Below are positions 8,147-16,701 of a DNA stretch of 35,731 nucleotides, in pieces; positions within the stretch are counted from its first letter, which is position 1; every line of letters starts with the position of its first letter. The translations under genes were made by a program, and so were the position numbers. The DNA lies in assembly GCA_035327325.1 (NCBI GenBank), contig DAOLDO010000001.1, forward strand, positions 1 to 35,731, read 5' to 3'. The notes below the pieces were generated by a model. It was not told where the DNA came from, ran no database searches, and saw nothing but the letters and a program-made list of their open reading frames with translations. Origin of the DNA: Chloroflexaceae bacterium (GTDB lineage: Bacteria; Chloroflexota; Chloroflexia; Chloroflexales; Chloroflexaceae).

Positions 8147-10555
8147 CTACCCGTGGGCGGGCGTTGCGACAGGTGCCTGTTCCGTCGCGCTCCCCGGCTG
8201 TGTCGTGTGCAGCCCAGGCAACCTGGTGCGCTTGAGGAGCAGGGCGTTCACGGCCACGAGCAGCGAGCTCCCCGCCATCGAGAGCGCGGCGATCTCCGGG
8301 CGCAGCAGCAGCCCGAACAGTGGGTAGAACAGGCCGGCGGCAATCGGGAAGGCAATGGCGTTGTAGCCCACGGCCCACCACAGGTTCTGGCGCATCTTGC
8401 GCACGGTCGCTCGACTGAGCGCAATCGCGCCAATCACGTCGTGGGGGTCGCTGCGCATCAACACGACATCCGCAGTCTCCATAGCGACATCAGTTCCGGC
8501 GCCGATGGCGATGCCGACATCTGCCTGAGCCAGCGCCGGCGCGTCGTTGATCCCGTCACCGACCATGCCGACGAGCTTCCCCTGGGCCTGGAGCGCGCGC
8601 ACCTTGTCGGCTTTCTCGCCTGGCAGCACCTCGGCGAACACGGTCGTGATCCCCAGTTCACCCGCGATGCGCTTGGCCGTCGCCCGATTGTCTCCGGTGA
8701 GCATCACGACTTCGATGCCGAGTTTGCGCATGTCACTGACCATCGCGATTGACGTTGGGCGGATGGCGTCGGCGATGGCGATGATCCCGGACAGGGCGCC
8801 ATCCACAGCGGCGTACACCACCGTCCGCCCGGCGCCCTCGAGCGTCGCGGCCCGCTCCCCAAGGGGGCCAAGGCTGATGTTGTTGTCGCGCATCAGCTTC
8901 CGATTGCCGGCGAGCACCACCCGCCCATCCACCGTCGCTCGCAGGCCGTGTCCGGGAATCGCCGCAAAATCGGCAGCGTCGGCAAGCTTCTGGCTGCGCT
9001 CCCTGGCATACGCCACGACTGCCTCAGCCAAGGGATGCTCGCTGGACTGTTCAGCTGAGGCTATGAGCCACACCAGGCCATCGATCGATAGACCGTCGTC
9101 GTTTGTATCCACCTCGACGACCTGAGGCTGGCCCACGGTCAGCGTCCCGGTCTTGTCGAAGATCACCGCCTGCAGCTGCGAGGCCTGCTCGAGGGCAGTA
9201 GCATTTTTGTAGAGGATGCCGTTCAGCGCCCCAAGACCAGTGCCGACCATCACCGCCGTCGGCGTCGCCAGGCCCAGGGCGTCGGGGCAGGCGATGATCA
9301 CCACGGTGATGGCCAGGGTCAGCGCGAAGATCAGGCTCGCCCCAGCCACCCAGTACCAGCCCACAAAGGTCGCCAGGCCGAAGACTACGGCCGCGGCAAC
9401 CAGCCACTGGGCCGCTTTGTCGGCGAGGCGCTGGGCGGGCGCTTTCGAGTTCTGCGCCTGCTGCACCAGCTTGACGATCTGCGCCAGGGCCGTGTCGGCG
9501 CCCACCCGCGTCGCGCGGAAGCGGAAGGTGCCCGTCTTGTTGATCGTGGCTCCGATCACGCTGTCGCCTGGCTTTTTGCTCACCGGCACGCTCTCGCCGG
9601 TGATCATGCTCTCGTCCACGTTCGACGCGCCCTCGGTGACGAGGCCGTCGACAGGGATCTTGTCGCCCGGCCTGATCAGCACAATGTCGTCGATCAGCAC
9701 CTCCGCTGTGGCAATCTCCACCTGCTCACCGTTGCGGATCACCGTGGCTTTGGGCGGGGCCAGATCGAGCAAGGCGCGGATGGCATCGGAGGCTCCGGCG
9801 CGAGCCCGCATCTCCATCCAGTGGCCAAAGAGCACAAAGGCCAGCAGCACAACCGCCGCCTCGTAGAAGACCTCGCTCTCGAACACAAAGGTCGCGCCAA
9901 CGCTAAAAAGGTAGCCCGCGCCGACCGAGAGCGCCACCAGCACCGACATATCCAGGGTGCGGTTCTTCAACGCGCGGTACGCGCCGACGAAGAACATCTG
10001 GCCGCCCCAGAGCACCGCCGGCGTGGCCAGGATGAAGAGCAGGAGGTCGAGCGGGAGGCCGAACGGCACAGGCAGCCGCAGGTTGAATACGTCGGTTGCC
10101 AGGGGCGAGTAGAGCGTCACCAGGATGCCGAAGATGAAGGTGACCCAGAAGCGATTGCGCATATCGCGGACCATCGCGTCCATCGTCATCCCGCCGCCGT
10201 GGCCCATCTCGTGGGCCATCTGATCAATCTGGTCGTGGCCTGCCCCCGCGGGCGTAGCGGTGTGTCCAGTATGGGCTGCAGCTTGAGCCAAGGTGCTGCC
10301 AGGGGGCGAAGCCGCCGGGGTCGCGGCAAGGTGGCGCGGCAGCGACTCGCCGCGGCAGTGGTAGCCGCACCGCTCGATCGCCTGTCTGATGACGTCCGGT
10401 CCGACCACCGTTTCATCGTAGCCAACCGTCACGGTCTGGCTGACCGCACTCGCCTCAACGTGATGAATCCCGGCGACGCGCCGCAGGGCTGTCTCCAGCG
10501 CCGGCGCTGAGCTACCGTGCAGGAGGCCCTGGGCCTCGAAGATATCCTCGCGCAT
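8147..10555 (-). CDS. P1B-type heavy-metal ATPase, CopB-like, with CPD transmembrane motif
   Basis: GGAGGGAG RBS. Motifs: TGES (ITGESVPV), [30 protein letters not shown] and SMAGSS. The TM motif is [16 protein letters not shown] rather than CPC or CPH; the codons are 9281-9289. The N-terminal HMA-like fold lacks CxxC (GLLHGSSAP). A His/Met-rich stretch follows ([34 protein letters not shown]). Confidence 0.9.
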   Translation of the reverse strand: MREDIFEAQGLLHGSSAPALETALRRVAGIHHVEASAVSQTVTVGYDETVVGPDVIRQAIERCGYHCRGESLPRHLAATPAASPPGSTLAQAAAHTGHTATPAGAGHDQIDQMAHEMGHGGGMTMDAMVRDMRNRFWVTFIFGILVTLYSPLATDVFNLRLPVPFGLPLDLLLFILATPAVLWGGQMFFVGAYRALKNRTLDMSVLVALSVGAGYLFSVGATFVFESEVFYEAAVVLLAFVLFGHWMEMRARAGASDAIRALLDLAPPKATVIRNGEQVEIATAEVLIDDIVLIRPGDKIPVDGLVTEGASNVDESMITGESVPVSKKPGDSVIGATINKTGTFRFRATRVGADTALAQIVKLVQQAQNSKAPAQRLADKAAQWLVAAAVVFGLATFVGWYWVAGASLIFALTLAITVVIIACPDALGLATPTAVMVGTGLGALNGILYKNATALEQASQLQAVIFDKTGTLTVGQPQVVEVDTNDDGLSIDGLVWLIASAEQSSEHPLAEAVVAYARERSQKLADAADFAAIPGHGLRATVDGRVVLAGNRKLMRDNNISLGPLGERAATLEGAGRTVVYAAVDGALSGIIAIADAIRPTSIAMVSDMRKLGIEVVMLTGDNRATAKRIAGELGITTVFAEVLPGEKADKVRALQAQGKLVGMVGDGINDAPALAQADVGIAIGAGTDVAMETADVVLMRSDPHDVIGAIALSRATVRKMRQNLWWAVGYNAIAFPIAAGLFYPLFGLLLRPEIAALSMAGSSLLVAVNALLLKRTRLPGLHTTQPGSATEQAPVATPAHG

Positions 10556-10623
10556 GACTCACTCCCTCCGTGCGGGCGAGCGCCCGCGTTTGACTGATCC
10601 TGCCCACAGCATGCGCCCCCAGG

Positions 10624-10661
10624 TTGAGGCGGGCTTGATCACAGGCTGAGCTCCGGCTGAG
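10624..10661 (-). promoter_or_regulatory. 11-bp-phased pentamer array A upstream of the CopB-like ATPase
   Basis: On the + strand: TTGAG 10624, TTGAT 10635, CTGAG 10646, CTGAG 10657, spaced exactly 11 bp. In gene orientation these read CTCAG, CTCAG, ATCAA, CTCAA. The proximal unit is about 69 nt upstream of ATG 10555. The distal units overlap the last codons and stop of the patatin gene. Confidence 0.5.
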
Positions 10662-11538
10662 TGATCGCGGCGGCGTCAGCAGGGTCAGCCTCGGTGTCGA
10701 GCCGCCAGGCGCGTAGGGCGAGTAGCTCGTCGAGATGGTGAAAGGTGGACAGCTCCCCCGCCCAACGGCCTATGTCCGGGTGCGCCATGTCGAGCAGCGA
10801 CAGCCCGCGCAGCTCGGGGCGTAGAATCAAGGTGGGAACGTGACACGCCAGGCGCTCGTTGGTCTGGGCGCGTAGGATAGCTATAGCCCGCGAGAGGATC
10901 GCCAGGTGCTGCGGCGATTGGAGATGCTTCCACACCCCACGGCGAGGCGCGGCCAGATGAAAAGGCGTGAGCTGCTCGGCGAGTTGCACGGCGATCACGC
11001 GCTGCGCGCCGAGGCGCTCGGCAACGTCAACGGGCATGTTGTTCACCAATCCCCCATCGACGAGCACAGCGCCGCCGTATTGGACTGGAGGGAAGATTCC
11101 TGGTAGCGCGGTCGTCGCGAGCATCGCCGGCACAAGTGGCCCGCTGTCGAGCACCACCTCGCGCCCGCTCACCAGGTCCACCGTTACCACGGCACAGCGG
11201 ATCGGCAGATCGGCGAACGTCCGCTCGCCAAGCAGCTCGACGGTGAGCGCTTCCCGCTTACGGGGGCCGATCAGCCCGGCCCGCAGCGGGTCGGAACTAG
11301 CGATCCGCCGGAGCTGCGTGGCGCGGAAAAAGCGGTCGAGCGTGTCGAGGCTGAGGCCGGCGGCGTACATCACGCCGAGAGCGCCGACCGAGGTGCCCAC
11401 GATGATATCGATGGGTACCCGGAGGGCACGCAGCACGGCGAGCACACCGAGATGGGCTCCACCACGGCCGCCCCCGCCACTCAGCACGAGGCCCAGGCGG
11501 CGTGGTCCTCGCGGTGGCCGGCAAACGGGCTCGATCAT
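10639..11538 (-). CDS. patatin-like phospholipase
   Basis: ORF-track entry 10639..11763 trimmed to ATG 11538, which overlaps the upstream stop (ATGA). Oxyanion motif LSGGGGRGGAHLG, nucleophile elbow GTSVG, and a late DGG motif (LVDGGLVNNMP). Confidence 0.8.
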   Translation of the reverse strand: MIEPVCRPPRGPRRLGLVLSGGGGRGGAHLGVLAVLRALRVPIDIIVGTSVGALGVMYAAGLSLDTLDRFFRATQLRRIASSDPLRAGLIGPRKREALTVELLGERTFADLPIRCAVVTVDLVSGREVVLDSGPLVPAMLATTALPGIFPPVQYGGAVLVDGGLVNNMPVDVAERLGAQRVIAVQLAEQLTPFHLAAPRRGVWKHLQSPQHLAILSRAIAILRAQTNERLACHVPTLILRPELRGLSLLDMAHPDIGRWAGELSTFHHLDELLALRAWRLDTEADPADAAAITQPELSL

Positions 11539-12953
11539 GCCTTGGCCTCCTCCCGGGGCTGACGGTACAGATCCTCGCGGCTGAGCGGTAGGGTAGTCTG
11601 CCCGGTGCCATCCGGTTTGCTCAGGAGCAGTTGCACGATGCCGATTTGCCCACCGGCAAATGCGTGGGCTGATGCAGCCATGTAGAGCCGCCAGACACGG
11701 TACCGCGTCTCCCCGACGAGCAGGCGCGCCACCTCGGAACGCGCCTCGAGCCGGCGCACCCACTGCCGTAACGTCAGGACGTAGTGCTCGCGCAGGCTCT
11801 CGAGGTCGCGCGTCTCCCAGCCGGCGAGCTCGGCCGCTGCAACCATCGTGGCCGGCAGCACCAGCTCGCCGTCGGGGAAGACGTAGCGCTGAATGAAGGT
11901 GCCCTCCCGCCAGAAGGTACGGGCGATCCAGGCGCTCAGGCCGCCTGCAACAGGGGCGCCGAGCACAATTCCATGGTTCAGAAACAGCCCGCCCGGCCGG
12001 GTCAGCCGGTAGGCCTGGGCAAAGTAGGCCGGCAGCTTGGCTTTGCCGACGTGCTCGACCATGCCCACACTGACAACTTTGTCGAAGCGAGCGCCGGCCG
12101 ACAGGTCGCGGTAGTCACGCAGCTCGATCCGACAGCGATCCTCCAATCCGGCCGCCCTGACCTGCGCGCGGGCAAAGCTGGCCTGCGCCTCACTCAGCGT
12201 GATGCCGAGAGCGTGCGCACCGTAGTGCTGGGCAGCGTGGAGCACAAGTCCGCCCCAGCCACAGCCGATATCGAGCAGCCGTTCGCCCGGCTGAAGGCGC
12301 AACTTTCGGCAGAGATAGTCGAGCTTCGCCACCTGCGCGGCCGCGAGATCCTCGGCGCCGGTCGGAAAGTAGGCGCACGAATAGACCATGCGCTGATCTA
12401 GCCAGAGCTGGTAAAAGTCGTTGCTGAGGTTGTAGTGCGCCCGCACTGCCGCAGCGTCGCGGACGCGCGAATGGCGTGGGCCGACCATACAAGGCGCGCT
12501 GGTATTATGGAACTTCACATGTGGCGCAGGGCCATTCGGCAGCATCTGGAGCTGCGCGAGGAGCCGCACGCTCCGCAGCGGTGAGCGGAAGTAGCCGGCC
12601 AGCTCAGCAAGCAGACCGACAGCCGCCTCGACGTCGCCCTCAAGATCGTAGTCGTCGTGCAGGTACGCTTCAGCCAGCCCAAGCTCAGAGGGTGGGTACA
12701 ACATGCGCCGAAGCGCACCGGGGTGGCGCAGGACAAGCGTAAACGCCGGCGCAGCACCCGCGCCCCTCTGATCTCCTGAGCCGTCCCAATAGCGCACCGC
12801 AAAGCCGCGCGCCTCGGGTGGCCCAAACAGCTCGCACAGGATGCGCCTCGTCGAGTGTAGAGGCGTTGCCCGATCGACTTCAGTTGTGCCTGCCTCCTGC
12901 AACCTGAGGTCAGCAGCGGTCGGACTCCGCACCTCGCGTTTCGTCGTATTCAT
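11535..12953 (-). CDS. cfa: cyclopropane-fatty-acyl-phospholipid synthase family SAM methyltransferase
   Basis: Trimmed to ATG 12953 (AGGAG 6 nt upstream); the longer GTG start at 13088 has no RBS. CMAS-family motifs: HYNLSNDFYQLWLD, MVYSCAYF, LLDIGCGWGGL, VSVGMVEHVG. Confidence 0.75.
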   Translation of the reverse strand: MNTTKREVRSPTAADLRLQEAGTTEVDRATPLHSTRRILCELFGPPEARGFAVRYWDGSGDQRGAGAAPAFTLVLRHPGALRRMLYPPSELGLAEAYLHDDYDLEGDVEAAVGLLAELAGYFRSPLRSVRLLAQLQMLPNGPAPHVKFHNTSAPCMVGPRHSRVRDAAAVRAHYNLSNDFYQLWLDQRMVYSCAYFPTGAEDLAAAQVAKLDYLCRKLRLQPGERLLDIGCGWGGLVLHAAQHYGAHALGITLSEAQASFARAQVRAAGLEDRCRIELRDYRDLSAGARFDKVVSVGMVEHVGKAKLPAYFAQAYRLTRPGGLFLNHGIVLGAPVAGGLSAWIARTFWREGTFIQRYVFPDGELVLPATMVAAAELAGWETRDLESLREHYVLTLRQWVRRLEARSEVARLLVGETRYRVWRLYMAASAHAFAGGQIGIVQLLLSKPDGTGQTTLPLSREDLYRQPREEAKA

Positions 12954-13121
12954 GGCCCGCTCCTGACATCGCTCGCCAGGCTTGACACTCTGCAGCGCAG
13001 AGCGCAAGACACTATCGGCTTCGAACTCGCTACAGCAGACGTCTTGCCCCAACGGATCCGGTTGTTCGGCTACGAATCGCCCGGACACGCCGGGTGTGTG
13101 CTTGTAGTGTCGTCGTTTGCC

Positions 13122-13159
13122 CTGAGCGGTCGCTGAGGGTCAGTTGAAGTCCTGCTGAA
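13122..13159 (-). promoter_or_regulatory. 11-bp-phased pentamer array E upstream of cfa-patatin
   Basis: On the + strand: CTGAG 13122, CTGAG 13133, TTGAA 13144, CTGAA 13155, spaced exactly 11 bp. The array is oriented toward the minus-strand cfa gene, 169 nt from ATG 12953. Confidence 0.4.
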
Positions 13160-13309
13160 GGGTGAGTTCGTTTGGTTAGCGCATCACAATGTAGTTGAAC
13201 TGATGACCGTTATAGTGTAGGTGGAGGCTTGCACGACCCGTAATGCCGGCCTGCTATGCTCAAGCACGTGAAACCAGGCGCACAGAATCGCCTGAAGCTG
13301 GAGCAGAGC

Positions 13310-14557
13310 ATGTTTTCGACGCTGCGCGCCCGCTTGTTGGTCAGTGGAGCGGTGACTATTGCGGTCATTTTGGCATTGGCGGCCTTCCTGGCGATTGAGC
13401 GATTTCAAATGAACGCCACGCTGGAACGGCTGACAACCCTTGCCGCTGCGGCTGCACAGGCGCGTGAGCTAAGCCTCTACGCTCGCTCCAGCGCCCACGA
13501 TACGACGGCTCACTTACTTGGACACGCAGACGCGCGTGAGCGTTATCAAGAGCACGAGGCAGCGTTCGATGAGCGTGCGCAACTGCTCCAGGGACTGGCA
13601 GCTAGCGGCATGCTGGACGACCACGTTGGTGAAGAGGTGACCGAAATTGTGGCAACCTACCAGGGATATGATCAGGTTGCCAGAGAGCTTCTTAGCCTCT
13701 CAGCCGGTAATGTGCTTCCGGTATCGACTCGCACTGAGCAGTCGCTCACCACCTTCGAGCAGATGTCCGACACACTCGAGGCCCAATCCCTGGCCCTCTA
13801 TGAGCATATCAATCACGATGTTCAGTCTTTACAAGAACACCTCAACGCGCGTAACCGGCAGATGTTGAGTTTGCTCGCAGGCCTCGCTCTGGTGATCGTC
13901 CTCCTCGTAACCGTAATTCAGGCGATGGTGCTGCGTGCTGTAGGCGCTCCCGTCCAGGCATTGCGGTCCAGTGTCGCGCGATTTACGCGCGGTGAGCATT
14001 CGGCTCGCGCCGATGTCATGCGCCAGGATGAGGTCGGCAGCCTTGCCCTGGCGTTTAACGAGATGGCCGATACGATTGCGCAGCAGAGCGCTGAACTGCG
14101 ACGCCAATATGATGCTGCTGAGGCGGCCCGGCTTGAGGCCGAGACGGCACAGCACCGCGTCGCCGAGCAGCTTGCGCTTATCAGCGAGCAGCAAGGGGTG
14201 ATCAGGGAAATGAGTGTGCCTGTCCTCCCCTTCAGTGCATCTGTCCTTGTGCTACCACTGGTTGGAGCACTTGACACCGCGCGGCTCAGCCTGTTGCAGC
14301 AGCAGGCGCTCCATTCCATCGAGCGGACTTCGGCCCGGCACCTCATTCTTGATGTGACAGGAGTACCTGTCATTGACACACAGGTCGCACAGGGGCTCCT
14401 GCGCGTTGTCCAGGCTGCACGGTTGCTAGGTGCAAAGGTAGCGCTAGCAGGTGTGCGACCTGAAGTAGCTCAGACGATGGTGAGTTTAGGGATTGCGCTG
14501 GAATGGACAGCGACATACGCGTCACTCCAGAGCGCCATTGGGCAGGTGAGCCGTTAA
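13310..14557 (+). CDS. membrane sensor with HAMP and C-terminal STAS (RsbR-like) domain
   Basis: Start moved to ATG 13310 (GGAG 6 nt upstream). TM1, then a helical extracytoplasmic region of about 170 aa, TM2, HAMP (EVGSLALAFNEMADTIAQQ), a coiled coil, then STAS (VLPLVGALDTARLSLLQQQAL...HLILDVTGVPVIDTQVAQGLL...GAKVALAGVRPEVAQTMVSLGI). Confidence 0.75.
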   Translation: MFSTLRARLLVSGAVTIAVILALAAFLAIERFQMNATLERLTTLAAAAAQARELSLYARSSAHDTTAHLLGHADARERYQEHEAAFDERAQLLQGLAASGMLDDHVGEEVTEIVATYQGYDQVARELLSLSAGNVLPVSTRTEQSLTTFEQMSDTLEAQSLALYEHINHDVQSLQEHLNARNRQMLSLLAGLALVIVLLVTVIQAMVLRAVGAPVQALRSSVARFTRGEHSARADVMRQDEVGSLALAFNEMADTIAQQSAELRRQYDAAEAARLEAETAQHRVAEQLALISEQQGVIREMSVPVLPFSASVLVLPLVGALDTARLSLLQQQALHSIERTSARHLILDVTGVPVIDTQVAQGLLRVVQAARLLGAKVALAGVRPEVAQTMVSLGIALEWTATYASLQSAIGQVSR

Positions 14558-14559
14558 CT

Positions 14560-14702
14560 CTGCGCGGAATCGCGTGCACCGTCTCGAAAAGTGCCTCAAG
14601 CTCGCCGGAGCACCAGATCCCGATTCGTACCTCGCGCACTTGACCATGACGGTCGATCAAAAAACTGGTTGGGATTACACTCACGTAATAGGCACGGCTC
14701 AC
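14560..14702 (-). pseudogene. C-terminal remnant of a TlpA/redoxin-like thiol-disulfide oxidoreductase
   Basis: The ORF starting at GTG 14702 (GTGA overlap with the methyltransferase stop) reads AYYVSVIPTSFLIDRHGQVREVRIG...ELEALFETV. This is the typical C-terminal quarter of TlpA/AhpC-TSA redoxins. No CxxC-bearing N-terminal part exists. The frame then runs antisense into the STAS gene. Confidence 0.3.
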
Positions 14703-15328
14703 GGCGCTGCTGCCTCAATCTGCTTGACCACGTCGAGCCAGCGATCCTTAACCTGTAGCCTGGCAAACCCGGCGCGACGCACGTTCTCCACCGTCTCGCG
14801 GTTGATGTTGGCGCCGCTCAGGCGCACGACCAGCGGGTTGAGCAGCCGCCTGGCCCGGCTGAGCAGCGGGCGGTGCGACAGGACATGCTCGAGCAGCAGG
14901 AGCTGGTCGCCCAGGACAAGGACGCGCCGCAACTCACGCAGGCCAAGGATGGGGTCCGGTACCGAGCAGAACACGCACGTTGCGATCACCGTATCGAAGC
15001 TCGCGTCAGGAAACGGCAATGCCTGGACATCGGCCTCGCGCAGGTCAATCATGATCTGCTCGCGTGCTGCGCGCTGGCGGGCCTGCGCGAGCATCCGCGG
15101 TGAGAAGTCGATCGCCGTAACTCCTAGCTCGGGACGGTAGTGGGCCATACCCCTGCCCGTACCCACGCCCACCTCCAGCACGCGCGGTCCGCGGACACGC
15201 CGCCAGAGCTCTGCCCGCCCCGGCTCCAGCATGCGCTCGCTCCCGCGGGTGAGCAGGTCGTAAAAGCGCGCGTTACGGTCGTAGCGGGCTCGGGTTTCGA
15301 GCGTGATGTGGCTGTCGCTGGTATCCAT
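14699..15328 (-). CDS. class I SAM-dependent methyltransferase
   Basis: Motif I VLEVGVGTGRG, post-I acidic residue (TAIDFSPRML) and a Methyltransf_11-like core (FDTVIATCVFCSVPD). It is the last intact gene of the DUF2933 operon. Confidence 0.8.
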   Translation of the reverse strand: MDTSDSHITLETRARYDRNARFYDLLTRGSERMLEPGRAELWRRVRGPRVLEVGVGTGRGMAHYRPELGVTAIDFSPRMLAQARQRAAREQIMIDLREADVQALPFPDASFDTVIATCVFCSVPDPILGLRELRRVLVLGDQLLLLEHVLSHRPLLSRARRLLNPLVVRLSGANINRETVENVRRAGFARLQVKDRWLDVVKQIEAAAP

Positions 15329-15354
15329 ATGAACACCGTCCTTTCATGAGCGGC

Positions 15355-15966
15355 TCAGTTCGGGAGCACGGCCTCATAGCGCTTTGCGAGGAACTCATTA
15401 CGGCAGCCCCGCGAGCAGAAGAAGTAGGTCTGACCATCCTCCACAAAGCTGATCATCCACAAGGAAGTCCCATTAGAGAGGCCAACCACGGTGAAGTCGC
15501 GATCCACAATCTCGACCTGCTCGCCCAGGGCGATGCCGTGGCGATCGGCCAGCACGCGGTCGAGCACGACCTCGTAGCTACCCTGCGGCTCCGCGCCCGC
15601 GGCGAGGCGCCACGGGCCACCGCCCTGCTTGGGGTCGTAGCCGACCAAGTAGACCGGCTGCTTCTTCTCGTGGAGGTCGAGGATCACGAACTGCGAGAGG
15701 ATCGGGATCACGCGGCTCCCGCCCGTGCGCGCTGCGGCCGCGGCGCCCAGCGGCAGCAGCGAGGAGACGCCCAGCAGGTTGCGCACCTCGTCCTGGGCCA
15801 CCACGACTGAGCCGGGCGTGTTGGTGAGGTAGGCCGCGATCTGAACGAACCTCCCGCTGAGGAAGCCGCCCAGGAGCAGAATGAGCATCACCGCAAGGGC
15901 CACGCTCGTGACGCTCAGGCTGAGGCGCGCCCAATCCTGGATCAGGTTACGTCGTGCGAGCGCCAT
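15355..15966 (-). CDS. chimeric ORF: MacB/FtsX-permease N-terminal TM plus periplasmic core domain fused to a half YHS/TRASH motif
   Basis: GAGGGAA RBS. The N-terminus ALARRNLIQDWARLSLSVTSVALAVMLILLLGG and the ...VVLDRVLADRHGIALGEQVEIVDRDFTVVGLS region are typical of MacB_PCD. No FtsX TM bundle follows. Instead the ORF ends in EDGQTYFFCSRGCRNEFLAKRYEA, which is the C-terminal half of a YHS/TRASH domain. Confidence 0.6.
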   Translation of the reverse strand: MALARRNLIQDWARLSLSVTSVALAVMLILLLGGFLSGRFVQIAAYLTNTPGSVVVAQDEVRNLLGVSSLLPLGAAAAARTGGSRVIPILSQFVILDLHEKKQPVYLVGYDPKQGGGPWRLAAGAEPQGSYEVVLDRVLADRHGIALGEQVEIVDRDFTVVGLSNGTSLWMISFVEDGQTYFFCSRGCRNEFLAKRYEAVLPN

Positions 15967-15999
15967 AGTGGTTCCCTCAGCATTTCCAGACCATGCGGG

Positions 16000-16665
16000 C
16001 TACCCCTGGGGCAGGTGTGGAGGGACCGCGGCGCGGCGCGGGAAGAAGGCTGGTGTCCGGGCCATGTAGGCGGCGTACGCATCGCCGAAATACTCCAGCG
16101 ACTCGCGCTCCTCACGCCGGGCAAGGCGGACGTACATCACCACAAGGATCGGGAACATCGCCAGCGTGAGGATCGTCGGCCACTGGAGCAGGAAGCCGAT
16201 CATGATCAGCACGAAGGCGACGTACTGCGGGTGCCGGATCGCGGCGTACGGGCCGGCGGCGGCGACCTGGCCGCTCCGTTGGGCCTGGTACAGTACATCC
16301 CAGGCGCGGGCCAGTAGCACGAAGCCACCGCCGATGAAGACGTAACTGAGCAGGTGGAAGGGGCTGAAGTGGGGGTCGCCCTCCCAGCCCAGCAGGGTGG
16401 ACCAGAGGTGGCCCATGTTGTGGCTCAGCAGATCCATCCCCGGATACAGTCGGCCGAGCCATCCCGAGAGCAGATAGATGGTCAGTGGAAAGCCGTACAT
16501 CTCGGTGAATAGCGCGACCAGGAAGGCCGAAAACGCACCGAAAGTGCGCCAATCCCTCTGGGTGCGCGGCTTGAAGAAGCTGAACGCGAACATAATGAAG
16601 ATGGCGGCGTTGAGCACCACCAGCGGCCAGAGCCCGTAGGCCGGTATCCCCTCAGTCGTATCCAT
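16000..16665 (-). CDS. isoprenylcysteine carboxyl methyltransferase (ICMT)-family membrane methyltransferase
   Basis: 5-6 TM helices. C-terminal signature GPYAAIRHPQYVAFVLIMIGFLLQWPT...EERESLEYFGDAYAAYMARTP, typical of the ICMT/PEMT-like family. Confidence 0.8.
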   Translation of the reverse strand: MDTTEGIPAYGLWPLVVLNAAIFIMFAFSFFKPRTQRDWRTFGAFSAFLVALFTEMYGFPLTIYLLSGWLGRLYPGMDLLSHNMGHLWSTLLGWEGDPHFSPFHLLSYVFIGGGFVLLARAWDVLYQAQRSGQVAAAGPYAAIRHPQYVAFVLIMIGFLLQWPTILTLAMFPILVVMYVRLARREERESLEYFGDAYAAYMARTPAFFPRRAAVPPHLPQG

Positions 16666-16701
16666 TGTGTTAACCTCTATCAGGTAAGCTCTCGCGACCG
16701 C

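Noticed and set aside
10572-10587. GC hairpin GCGGGCG-AG-CGCCCGC between the patatin stop and the CopB-like ATPase start, considered as a terminator
   Set aside because: On the transcribed (-) strand no U-tract follows, the loop is too short for the full stem, and it abuts the RBS. At most it is a leader structure. The same applies to the 7-bp stem at 22910-22916/22926-22932 in the copA leader.
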